IMG/VR virus record: IMGVR_UViG_3300022173_000112
Location: 2,916-66,915 of that record
Reading direction: 5' to 3' (one strand)
Origin: a virus
Lineage: Duplodnaviria > Heunggongvirae > Uroviricota > Caudoviricetes
DNA: 64,000 nt
The first letter of the stretch is position 1. The number at the start of each line of letters is the position of its first letter. The translations under genes and the position numbers were made by a program. Under the pieces are notes generated by a model. That model was not told where the DNA came from. It did not search any database and saw only the letters and a list, made by a program, of their open reading frames with translations. Of this stretch, positions 52,969-61,904 are shown piece by piece.

Positions 52969-53353
52969 GCAACCAAATCATGATTTCAGGAGTGATAGTA
53001 CACTTCCGGTAGGTAGGACCGTAAGGTCTATCAGGTCTTTCCTGAACCCAAGTGGCTCGATCCGTGAGCCACTTGATTCGGTCGGTGATCTTTTCATTGG
53101 TGCTGTCATGGACCTCAACTACTTTGACTCTGACATTGCAGATTTCAAAGTAGCAGAGATAACCCTGACGCATTGGATCATAGGTGATTAGGAAATCACC
53201 CATGCCTAACAACACATTGCGGTCCTTCGCAATATCGTTCGTCGATACCATCTGATCCACGTAGTTTGGACCAGTCAATGGGTTTGATTCGGAGCAGACG
53301 GTCGTTGTACTCATCCTCAGTGATCCCTTCTTCGGGCATCTGTGCATACACAC
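52925..53353 (-). CDS. Hypothetical protein (142 aa)
   Basis: ORF track. Confidence 0.4.
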   Translation of the reverse strand: MCMHRCPKKGSLRMSTTTVCSESNPLTGPNYVDQMVSTNDIAKDRNVLLGMGDFLITYDPMRQGYLCYFEICNVRVKVVEVHDSTNEKITDRIKWLTDRATWVQERPDRPYGPTYRKCTITPEIMIWLHELQRLVEMEPRRW

Positions 53354-55478
53354 CCTTCGGTGTAATCGGCAACATTGCCACGCTCTTCGTCAATGGTGCA
53401 ATGCTCGACAAGACCGGCTCGATATCATCTTCCTCATGGTTCTCGTCGTACTCGTAGATTTTCACTTCGACATTCTCAGAGAACTCGAACGTGGCTTTGA
53501 ACTCACGGAACGAGTTAATGCTGGGAAGCTTCTTGTTGAAAACCTCAATACGCTCGGCGAGACTCATGTACTGGTCGAGTACCGAATCAGCTTGCAGGAA
53601 GTTCTGCACAGTCGGCCACAGGTGATATTTCAGATTCCACTTCGGACGGAAGTTCAACGTGTTACTCACAGCGTTGTCCGACCATTCCCGTTGCAGCAAG
53701 CACAACATGCTTGCCTGTTCCCACAGACTGACTTTCTTGAAGCCAGTCTTATGAACAGGGAACTCGAAAATTTCTGTGCCCTTCGGGTCCGTGACATCCG
53801 GTTCGTGAGGCACGCCAGCATCAAGAAGAATCTGATACACTGGCGAGTTTCTCGACAACCGTACCCGACGAATCATGAACTCGAAGTTCGGACGATTGAA
53901 CCCTGAGTTCTGACCTGGGAGATTCGGAGTCGTACCACCGGGCTTGATGGTGGTGTGACGAATCGGGTCAGGGATACCAGCTTCCGAGTTGCACCAGTGA
54001 CCGACGTTGCGAACCTTCTCGTAACCCTTACGCAGATTCGCAATCAGCTTGTGGGTTCCGATCTTGTCGGACCATTCGGCCACGTTGATGATGCTACCGC
54101 CGATGCGTCGATTACGGTACATCACACTATTGGTTTCAGGGCGATGCGTCGGAAGCAAGGTTACAGTCGTCGCATACACCGTAGCGTATTCGACGGCTCG
54201 GAGCCATGCCTCGTCGGTCTTGCATCGCATCGGAATCGTTTCGACAAGAGTACAAAGCTCTTTGTCTTCGAGTGGTTGCTCTCCGCACGGATTAAAAGCG
54301 ATAGCTTTATCCAGACGAAGCCCATCCATCGACTTACCGATACGACCGAATGGCAAGTTAACCTTATTGATGTATCCAGGCTCGCCATTGAGAATCACCC
54401 TTTTTGCAATCTCGCCAAGACGTTCGAAGTCTTCGCTGGTTTCCAGGAACACCGAGTTGTTCGACATGTAGCCCCAGTCCTTGCGGTAGGGATACTTGTC
54501 GTACTGTTTCAGGTCCATCACTTCATCGATTGTTCCCGCACAGAGTTCGGCTGATCGTCGGACATTGCCCGCCACCACGCAACAGCCAGTACAATTGGCA
54601 AGGTCAGTCTTAAGAAGAACCGAGTCATACCATTCCTCACAGGCATACTGTTCCATCAGCATTTCAATGCGTTGATGGAACTTGATCAGGGGAGCCGGAC
54701 CAGAACAGACGCCACCGAATCCACGAATCGGGGCACCCTCTTCACGAATCTCGTCGTAGATGAATCTCGGCTTCGGGGAACCTTTTTCCCGGAAACTCGT
54801 AATCAGGGCTTTGGTGGAATCACACCAACCTTCACGACTGTCAGGGATGACATAGTCGTAAGTTCCCTTCGGATTGTAGACCGTCAATTCATCTTGACGT
54901 TCGGGTAGGAATCCTACACCAACGCCGCACATGAGCATATCCATCATCCAATGGATATCGTTCTCAAGTGTTTCACCGATGATTGTGAATCCACAATTTT
55001 GAAGAGCAGCCGAACCGCGTTCGTAAACGAAGTCCGAACCCATCGCCCAGAGTCCACGACCCGGAGGCAGCCATTCCATCTTGTACATCGACACCGCGAA
55101 GTGGCGAGCGTACACCTGCCAGAATGATTCGTCCCACGGAATATGGTTCTTGATGTACCAGTCCTTGCGGATCGAGAACGTACCTTGAACCGCACGGATG
55201 ATTGTGTCCGGCCACCACTCTTGACAAGTCTCCAAATCGTTTGGAAGAAAGATGTCATTCGAGTTGGCAACCTGACCCCTGCCGCAAGAACCACAATACT
55301 CCTTGCCCGTAATCGGGTTGAGTTTGATAGACGGCTGGCGACAATTTTTGCAGATGTTTCGCGAGTACGTCCTGAAATACAGGAACTCTCCGAAACCGTT
55401 ATAGCCGAAGTCTGGAATCATCGAGCGGATTTCTTCCAGCGTCGACTCTACGAGTTTGAATCGTTCTTTAACAAACAT
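53196..55478 (-). CDS. Ribonucleotide reductase, class II-like
   Basis: NPCGEQPL active-site motif. 760 aa. N-terminal CxxC...CxxC zinc ribbon. Confidence 0.55.
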   Translation of the reverse strand: MFVKERFKLVESTLEEIRSMIPDFGYNGFGEFLYFRTYSRNICKNCRQPSIKLNPITGKEYCGSCGRGQVANSNDIFLPNDLETCQEWWPDTIIRAVQGTFSIRKDWYIKNHIPWDESFWQVYARHFAVSMYKMEWLPPGRGLWAMGSDFVYERGSAALQNCGFTIIGETLENDIHWMMDMLMCGVGVGFLPERQDELTVYNPKGTYDYVIPDSREGWCDSTKALITSFREKGSPKPRFIYDEIREEGAPIRGFGGVCSGPAPLIKFHQRIEMLMEQYACEEWYDSVLLKTDLANCTGCCVVAGNVRRSAELCAGTIDEVMDLKQYDKYPYRKDWGYMSNNSVFLETSEDFERLGEIAKRVILNGEPGYINKVNLPFGRIGKSMDGLRLDKAIAFNPCGEQPLEDKELCTLVETIPMRCKTDEAWLRAVEYATVYATTVTLLPTHRPETNSVMYRNRRIGGSIINVAEWSDKIGTHKLIANLRKGYEKVRNVGHWCNSEAGIPDPIRHTTIKPGGTTPNLPGQNSGFNRPNFEFMIRRVRLSRNSPVYQILLDAGVPHEPDVTDPKGTEIFEFPVHKTGFKKVSLWEQASMLCLLQREWSDNAVSNTLNFRPKWNLKYHLWPTVQNFLQADSVLDQYMSLAERIEVFNKKLPSINSFREFKATFEFSENVEVKIYEYDENHEEDDIEPVLSSIAPLTKSVAMLPITPKGVYAQMPEEGITEDEYNDRLLRIKPIDWSKLRGSDGIDERYCEGPQCVVRHG

Positions 55479-55864
55479 TCAGGTTCCCTTGGTATAGGTC
55501 CGAAAGAGCAGTAAACGGGAGCGTCTTTGATCCCGGTCAACTTGCCACCGTTGTAGGTGATGGTAAAGCGGTAGCCATTTTCAGTTGTCAGAACCCAGAC
55601 ACCCGGTTTGTCTGGCAATCCTTTGACCCACCTTGGCGGTGGCATGTATTCTGTACCTTCACTCTGACAAGTGAGATACTGTTTGCAGTTTTCCAGTTGG
55701 ATTGGAATATCTTGCTTAGGCGGAGTGTACCCTTCCGGCAGCATAGCAAAGAGAGCGTTCCAATCTTTCCAGCACTTGTCGTCACCGAAGTTGTCTCGAA
55801 CTTTCCTTATTTGATCGAAGAGCTTGTCTTCTCTTTCCTCATAAATGTCACCGATGATGGACAT
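55448..55864 (-). CDS. Hypothetical protein (138 aa)
   Basis: ORF track. Confidence 0.4.
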   Translation of the reverse strand: MSIIGDIYEEREDKLFDQIRKVRDNFGDDKCWKDWNALFAMLPEGYTPPKQDIPIQLENCKQYLTCQSEGTEYMPPPRWVKGLPDKPGVWVLTTENGYRFTITYNGGKLTGIKDAPVYCSFGPIPREPECLLKNDSNS

Positions 55865-56103
55865 GATTCATCCTCAATTTCTTTCCAAATTCTTCGGATG
55901 ATAGCATCGCGTCTATCAATCTCACCTTGGGCACAACACCACAAGATGGCGAGCGTAGCTACCACTCCGAAGATAACCAGGCCGTAAAACGCCAAGAAGA
56001 TTTCAGTCGGCACAATGCACATTCTTCTCGTACTTCCGCCAGTGTATCCATTCACCAGCACGAGTCCAGAAGCCCCAGTTTCGAAGCTTGCCAGTCGTGA
56101 CAC
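55807..56103 (-). CDS. Small membrane protein (98 aa)
   Basis: Hydrophobic helices. Confidence 0.35.
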   Translation of the reverse strand: MSRLASFETGASGLVLVNGYTGGSTRRMCIVPTEIFLAFYGLVIFGVVATLAILWCCAQGEIDRRDAIIRRIWKEIEDESCPSSVTFMRKEKTSSSIK

Positions 56104-56392
56104 ACAAAGTGATTGCTCGCTTCTCGATTACCACTTGGTGTTTCCAACTAGCTGGACGGTAGAGCAATCGCCCTGGTCCGTACCATTTCTTTCCGGTTGG
56201 CGTGACTTCCCAGTATCCGCCCCACAAGATTAGTGAGTAGAAGTTCCACGGATGGTCGTGCAAACATTCGTCATCACTTGCAACGAAAATGTGGAGATAC
56301 ACTCGACACCATGAGAGGACTAAAATCTTTAGCCGCCACATGTAGTCGGTGTTATCTCCACGAGTGATTCGTTCCCATTGGAACATCTTCAT
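56003..56392 (-). CDS. Hypothetical protein, paralog of 7613..7981
   Basis: Shared LHDHPWNFYSLILWGGY core. Confidence 0.5.
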   Translation of the reverse strand: MKMFQWERITRGDNTDYMWRLKILVLSWCRVYLHIFVASDDECLHDHPWNFYSLILWGGYWEVTPTGKKWYGPGRLLYRPASWKHQVVIEKRAITLCVTTGKLRNWGFWTRAGEWIHWRKYEKNVHCAD

Positions 56393-56676
56393 GTTTGTTT
56401 TCCTAGTTGGTCAGAGAATCGTTTTTGAAGGTCTTGGTATTCTTGGTGGAGAGTGTTGAAAGATTGTTCAAGCTCTGCCTTGTCGCGGTACAGAGTTTGA
56501 AGTTCGTCGTCAAGACTTTCGAATCGCCGACGCCAATGTTCTTTGGCCTTCTTGAATTCGTTTTCGAGTTTGACGGCGTAGTTCCGTGCAACAGTCAGGA
56601 GTTCTAAATCGACGCTCATATGATCCCTTCCAAGATGAAGATTGAGACGACGGTTTGTGTTTCGCATTCCTCGCAA
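56389..56676 (-). CDS. Coiled-coil protein (95 aa)
   Basis: ORF track. Confidence 0.4.
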   Translation of the reverse strand: MRGMRNTNRRLNLHLGRDHMSVDLELLTVARNYAVKLENEFKKAKEHWRRRFESLDDELQTLYRDKAELEQSFNTLHQEYQDLQKRFSDQLGKQT

Positions 56677-56837
56677 TAACCACCACCTTGGTCAGGCTCA
56701 ACCTCAGTGGTGTAATCGCAATCCTCATTCGAACAGATGCCGGGAGCGACACTGTCCGACATGTACGCTTCAACCAAATCGAGCGGGTTGGCGTAGCCTT
56801 CAATCTCAGCAAGTTTGTCTGATTTGCTCATCGGCAA
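56616..56837 (-). CDS. Zinc-ribbon protein (73 aa)
   Basis: CSNEDC...CEEC. Confidence 0.35.
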   Translation of the reverse strand: MPMSKSDKLAEIEGYANPLDLVEAYMSDSVAPGICSNEDCDYTTEVEPDQGGGYCEECETQTVVSIFILEGII

Positions 56838-57187
56838 TACACCGAAAGGTAAAGGTACCAGTTGCTAGGACCGAACAGCTTTTTGATTTCGTCGTCCGAG
56901 TCACTCGTCAACACATAGATGCCCACACCTTCGGCAGCCATCTTTGTGAAGTCACGAATTTGAGCGTCCGTGAATTTGTATGACGCGGCATTCTTACACT
57001 CAATCCAGCGAGTCCCGTAACCACGGTGACATGCAAACAAGTCAGGAAATCCTGCTTGGTACATATTGCCGTGAGTTGATTTGACAAACCAGCCTTCGAG
57101 TGTAAGACGTTTGATGATCGCCTGTTGGATGTACCATTCAGGACCATGACCACCTTTAGGCTTGAATGGTTTCATCTCATTACCCAT
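56828..57187 (-). CDS. VRR-NUC-like PD-(D/E)xK nuclease
   Basis: AGFPDL...WIECK resembles the VRR-NUC core. Confidence 0.45.
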   Translation of the reverse strand: MGNEMKPFKPKGGHGPEWYIQQAIIKRLTLEGWFVKSTHGNMYQAGFPDLFACHRGYGTRWIECKNAASYKFTDAQIRDFTKMAAEGVGIYVLTSDSDDEIKKLFGPSNWYLYLSVYCR

Positions 57188-57479
57188 TGGTCTGGTTCGC
57201 CTTCACAAGAGCGAGAAGAGTAATCGCCTGGTCGATCTTGTCATCAGAGCCGCCAGTCAGAAGCTCATGAATCAGTTCGTTGGTTCGACGCAGCTTGTAC
57301 GTCATGTCCGCATCGACAACAATCTTGAACCAGTTGGTGTCGTGGTGTTTGTCGATGGAATCAGTCAGTGCCTTCTTGATCGCCTTGATCCCGATTTTTC
57401 TTTTTGCGGCCATAGTTGCGAATCTCCTTGTACTTGGTGCGAAGGCGTTTGAGTGCTTCTTTGAGGAGTAGTTGTTCAC
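57180..57479 (-). CDS. Hypothetical basic protein (99 aa)
   Basis: ORF track. Confidence 0.35.
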   Translation of the reverse strand: MNNYSSKKHSNAFAPSTRRFATMAAKRKIGIKAIKKALTDSIDKHHDTNWFKIVVDADMTYKLRRTNELIHELLTGGSDDKIDQAITLLALVKANQTNG

Positions 57480-57625
57480 GAAGGTCTTCGTACTCCATCA
57501 GGGCATAGTGTTCCCACTGTGCCTCTGGGAGTAGATTCCAAATCTCGACGACATCACGCAATTCGTGAACCGTGATGTCGGCGGTCAGCTTCTGAATGGC
57601 GTCGTTGAAATCCTCATCGCCCTTC

Positions 57626-58036
57626 TCAAGGCGGTGTGATTCTTTCGTCAGTTGCTTCTGCGAGACGCCGCTCATTCTCAAGAATTTTTCTAGCACGGAC
57701 TTCTCCAATTAAGACAAGCAACTGTTCTTTTACCATGCTGTTATATCCATAAATCCCCAGCGATCTTGCCAGATTCCGTAGAGCGGTAACAGTCATTGTT
57801 GCCGTATCCGAATCACGAATCTTATCCAACAAAGCAGAGAACAACTCTCGTTCGTTCTTTTCGAGAAGAATGAAGAGTTGTTCTCTTTCAATCGCAGTCG
57901 CCTTGTTGATAAGTTCTTGAACATCATCGCGATTGACGTAGTAATCCAAGCTCCTAGCTTGGAGATACTTCCGTCTCGCCATTGCCAGGAAGTCCGGGAG
58001 GGTCTTCATTCGATGATGCCTCAAGTCTCTTTTCAC
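57626..58036 (-). CDS. Hypothetical protein (136 aa)
   Basis: ORF track. Partly overlaps ORF 57361..57708. Confidence 0.4.
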   Translation of the reverse strand: MKRDLRHHRMKTLPDFLAMARRKYLQARSLDYYVNRDDVQELINKATAIEREQLFILLEKNERELFSALLDKIRDSDTATMTVTALRNLARSLGIYGYNSMVKEQLLVLIGEVRARKILENERRLAEATDERITPP

Positions 58037-58178
58037 ATTCCGACAGCACGCGATTCATGAATCGACACGCTGTCGTATGAAGAAGTTTTTCTTCTTTGTT
58101 CAATTCTCTGTCACATGCAATCCCGGACAGTTGCATCCGAGTTTCATGTGCAGCTTTCGGTGCGTCGAGTGGACTCAT
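57954..58178 (-). CDS. Hypothetical protein (74 aa)
   Basis: ORF track. Confidence 0.35.
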   Translation of the reverse strand: MSPLDAPKAAHETRMQLSGIACDRELNKEEKLLHTTACRFMNRVLSECEKRLEASSNEDPPGLPGNGETEVSPS

Positions 58179-58225
58179 ATTATGAACCCTCCCACTAGGA
58201 TACTACTGACGCCTTGATGTTTCAA

Positions 58226-60898
58226 TCATTTGTCGGCCCAAGATTTTAGCCCGATCATCCAATCCATCTTGATCAATGGGACCTTTGGACGGATGGATTC
58301 AACTGATTCATCAACGATACGCTTAACCTCTTGCGAATACTGCGGATCGGTGACACACATGATTTCGTCATGGATGTTCATACCGATTACACGCCATGGA
58401 TTCACACCATGAGGTTGAATGTTCCAGATATTGCGTTGCAACTTCTTAGTCGCCTGTGCCCCGCTGCTTTGAATCTGGTGGTTCGCAGCGGCACGCATTG
58501 AACTCGCTTGGATACTAAAGGCAGCACCAAACAATGCTGACCTTGTCGCACCTTCGGCCATTTGGAGTCTTGGATTCACCTTAGACCGAATGAGTCTGAT
58601 CTTGATATCCTTCCATGCTCGTGGCGGCTTCTCGCCAAGCATGAAGAGTGCCTTGCAGATTTTGTTCTCAAGAGTGAAGTAACGTGGGAACCCGAACAGC
58701 GATTCGATCTTGTCCGCAGGTTCGTGCCATTCTACCTTACTGCCGATTCCGCCCGGCTGTCGCATGGAACAGAACTGATCGACAATTCTTTGGCGAGCAA
58801 CGCCAACCTGTTTGAACTGTCGGCCAAACTCGGTGAAGGCTTTGTTTGCGGTTTCCAAATCGACGCCGAGACGATCTTGGAGAGTTGGTCCTTCTCCACC
58901 ATAGAACATAGCGAAAACAGCGGACTTCGCTTTGGTGTACAAATCCTTTCCATCGTTCATGCCCTTCGTTGCTTTCAACGATTTGTACGTGTGTTCGGGA
59001 TACACATGGATACCGAACAACGCATGAATCGCCTTACCGTCTTTGTCACAACTTGGACAGTACACTTCTTTGGTGGGACTCACCGCTTTGTTGAGCTTGC
59101 ACTTCTTGCAGACCTTATCCGAATTGCGTTCCCGTTGCGTACAGGCCGGACAATAGATGTCACCCGATTCGATGACCATTTGTCCGTCGCAGTATTCGCA
59201 AGTTAGAAGAGCCTTCCGTAAGTCTGGATCGTTGTAGCAAGCCTCAGCAAGTGTGACTTCAAATCCTGCAAAGTCGCCTCCGTCAAGAGAAAATCCTTCC
59301 CACGCCAGTGGAAAGCAGCTGCGTACTTCCTTTGTCTTGTTAATCCCTTGGGCGTTGAGACCGTCTGTTCCTGACATACGAGAGGACAAGGCCCCAATGA
59401 CTTTGAAACTTGCGTGAAATCTCCCAGCAAGAATAAGCTTGTCGTAGATTTCAATTTCTTTGGTGGCTTTTCGAGCATCCAAGACGTTCTTGGCTCGAAT
59501 CGCTGCGGGGTGTAAAACCTTTCCTTTTGATCCACAGTGTTCACACTCCACGTTTGACGGTGCGATAACCGTTTTGATGATTAACGATTTCTCACCTGTC
59601 AGTTCACCGACAAGTTCCGAGACAGCTTCACACGCTTCCGAGACTTCGATTTCATTGGCCGCTGACGCATTACACTTGGGGCAAGGCATCTCTTGCTTTG
59701 CCATTGCCTCAAGAAGCACTTTCTTCGTACTACCCTTGAGAACGAGCTTACTTGCAGGATCAAGCAACTCGTTGATGTAGTGCTTTACTTCGCGTGGGCC
59801 AGTAGGGATGACTTTCTTTTTGGCGATGGCCGAGGCTTTAAGGGCTTTGAGCTTGTCGATGTCGATTCGAAATCCCCGCCAACGAACGGCAGCCACCATA
59901 CAAGCCAACTCGGAATCATCATCACCGGGTTCAGGACGCCCGAAATTCTTCCAGATATCCCGAGTGTATGTAACGTCGTCGGTTGCATATTCCCTCGCCA
60001 ACGGGTTGTAAGCCCAATGACTGATGTGATGCCTGATTACTTCTGGCCATGCCTCACGAGCCATCTTTTTCTTGTTCGTCTTGCTACCGAACTTCTTCGC
60101 GAACGGTACGGCTTTTGCGAACGGAGCGTAACCGTACTCGGCAGGCCACCATCTTCGGTCAACTTCAACGTCAGTGAATCGAAGCACACGGCTTGGGTCA
60201 ATACCCAGAGCATCAACGGCCAGTGCTTTCAATGCACTACTCGGAGCGAACTTCAAGACGACATCTTTGAAATCGGGATTGATGACTTTCTCTTCATCCA
60301 CGATATCATAGATTTGCCACTTCTTGCCCTTCTCTTTCTTCCGGGCGAAGTAGATGTCTTTCAGGTCGATTCGTCTTTCCAACTCTGCCGCAAGCTGCCA
60401 AGCCAAAGCTGTAGGAACACGGCGGATACGAATGTCGCCGCGATCCATAGTAGACTGATAAGGCCCCTTACGGGCATGGAGCATGAGGTCACAAGCTGAG
60501 ACTGGCTTAAGGCAAGGTCCGTCACGACCCATAGGCTCAAGATCGGCAATTCGATCAATGATATCCTCTGGGTAATCATCGTGGTCGTGCCATAACGAAA
60601 GAATCGTATGGAGCTTGCACAAATGGAACCAGTCAAACGCGAGGTTAAACCCACACACGCCTCCTGGATGGTTAGCGAACTTCTCGATTAGTTCGAGCGT
60701 CTTACTAATCGGGTTCTTCCAAACATCATACAATTCAATCGGACCGTCGTCTTCGGCCCACTGGATCAGGACGCACATTCCGTGCAAGCCACATGTCTCT
60801 GTGTCGAAGAAGATCATTGATTGTCTCGTCAATGGTTTTGAAGAATTCTGTTTGTTGTTTGGTGTAGTTTGGAGTGATTGTAATTCCATCAGGCCCAC
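58226..60898 (-). CDS. Family A DNA polymerase with 3'-5' exonuclease domain and two zinc-finger-rich insertions
   Basis: Exo I FFDTETCGL. Motif A DGGDFAGFEVTLAEA. Motif B KAKSAVFAMFYGGEG. Motif C NIHDEIMCV. CxxC clusters at about aa 395-450 and 545-600. Confidence 0.8.
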   Translation of the reverse strand: MGLMELQSLQTTPNNKQNSSKPLTRQSMIFFDTETCGLHGMCVLIQWAEDDGPIELYDVWKNPISKTLELIEKFANHPGGVCGFNLAFDWFHLCKLHTILSLWHDHDDYPEDIIDRIADLEPMGRDGPCLKPVSACDLMLHARKGPYQSTMDRGDIRIRRVPTALAWQLAAELERRIDLKDIYFARKKEKGKKWQIYDIVDEEKVINPDFKDVVLKFAPSSALKALAVDALGIDPSRVLRFTDVEVDRRWWPAEYGYAPFAKAVPFAKKFGSKTNKKKMAREAWPEVIRHHISHWAYNPLAREYATDDVTYTRDIWKNFGRPEPGDDDSELACMVAAVRWRGFRIDIDKLKALKASAIAKKKVIPTGPREVKHYINELLDPASKLVLKGSTKKVLLEAMAKQEMPCPKCNASAANEIEVSEACEAVSELVGELTGEKSLIIKTVIAPSNVECEHCGSKGKVLHPAAIRAKNVLDARKATKEIEIYDKLILAGRFHASFKVIGALSSRMSGTDGLNAQGINKTKEVRSCFPLAWEGFSLDGGDFAGFEVTLAEACYNDPDLRKALLTCEYCDGQMVIESGDIYCPACTQRERNSDKVCKKCKLNKAVSPTKEVYCPSCDKDGKAIHALFGIHVYPEHTYKSLKATKGMNDGKDLYTKAKSAVFAMFYGGEGPTLQDRLGVDLETANKAFTEFGRQFKQVGVARQRIVDQFCSMRQPGGIGSKVEWHEPADKIESLFGFPRYFTLENKICKALFMLGEKPPRAWKDIKIRLIRSKVNPRLQMAEGATRSALFGAAFSIQASSMRAAANHQIQSSGAQATKKLQRNIWNIQPHGVNPWRVIGMNIHDEIMCVTDPQYSQEVKRIVDESVESIRPKVPLIKMDWMIGLKSWADK

Positions 60899-60990
60899 AT
60901 AAGATTGTTGATGTACAACACATCATTATGTGGGCCTTTTGGCGATAGAGCCAATCAATTGCTTGATTGATTCTTAAGTCTTGTGGAACT

Positions 60991-61362
60991 TCAATCCAAG
61001 GGTACATCGCCACCTGTTGCAAGGAGAGTTCGCAGATCGTCCCAAAGCATGGGACATAGAGCCTTCTCACCTGACGCACGACACTTGCAGCTAATCAGGT
61101 GCGGAGCGTACTGGCGAGTTGTCAGTACCATCGGAGTATTGCAGATTGTGCAAGTCCGGTACGGAACATCCTTGCCAGCCTCAAGTAAGGCTTTGGCGTA
61201 TTCGAAGCTAGGCTTCTTCACTGGCCCTTGTGAGATCGTCATTGTTTGGGTCTTCCTCAGTGATAGTGCTGACTCGCCGACGAATGGCGGAATCATGCGG
61301 ATCAGGTCGATGAATGATTTGTGTGTTGACGCCAAGTTCCCCACAAGTGGGGCACCTGGCAC
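60991..61362 (-). CDS. Hypothetical Cys-rich protein (123 aa)
   Basis: ORF track. Overlapping alternatives at 60735..61079 and 61208..61399. Confidence 0.35.
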   Translation of the reverse strand: MPGAPLVGNLASTHKSFIDLIRMIPPFVGESALSLRKTQTMTISQGPVKKPSFEYAKALLEAGKDVPYRTCTICNTPMVLTTRQYAPHLISCKCRASGEKALCPMLWDDLRTLLATGGDVPLD

Positions 61363-61385
61363 CAGCTAACACTTTACTGCAACCC

Positions 61386-61904
61386 TTACACCACTTCATC
61401 TGGCTTCACCTTGAGCTTCAAGGATTCATGGTCCGATTGCAGATTCGCATGAGTCAAGGTCAGTGCCTTGTGTTCACCTTGAATCTTGTCGAAAGCCGCT
61501 TGCCAGGTCTTCTGGTCCTTGTCAGCTTGTTCCTTGACAAGTTGTACTTGCAACTCGGCTTTCTCGCTGATCGACCGAAGATTCAGAATCTCGGTCTTGA
61601 GCTTCTCGTTTTCATCTTGAAGCTCTTTCAGCTTTGGAGTCGCAGTATCATCCAGACTACGCTTGGTCACTTCATCGACCAATACATCAGCAATGTCTTC
61701 ACAAAGCGAAGGGTCCATGATCTTCCGCTTGTGATTCGTGCGGGTCCAGATTCGAGCGGCAATGCCGCGTGCTTCATCCATTGTCAACATTGCGTTGTTC
61801 TCCGTTGAAGGAAGGGTAAGCCTCCTTAAGGGACTTGAAGTATTCTTCCGTGCTAATAACACCAGATGTCCAAGCCAACGTCCGTGTAGCAATGTTCGGA
61901 CCAA
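61386..61904 (-). CDS. Coiled-coil protein (172 aa)
   Basis: ORF track. Confidence 0.45.
   Translation of the reverse strand: MVRTLLHGRWLGHLVLLARKNTSSPLRRLTLPSTENNAMLTMDEARGIAARIWTRTNHKRKIMDPSLCEDIADVLVDEVTKRSLDDTATPKLKELQDENEKLKTEILNLRSISEKAELQVQLVKEQADKDQKTWQAAFDKIQGEHKALTLTHANLQSDHESLKLKVKPDEVV

Noticed and set aside
6557-55283. Explaining the recurring 12-mer as a conserved S-W-V peptide motif
   Set aside because: Seven of the 14 copies do not encode SWV (different frames or non-coding). Where SWV is encoded, codons and flanking bases are identical, which points to nucleotide-level selection.
59693-60499. 268-aa plus-strand ORF, and the 58562..59206 plus-strand ORF
   Set aside because: Both are antisense to the DNA polymerase gene.
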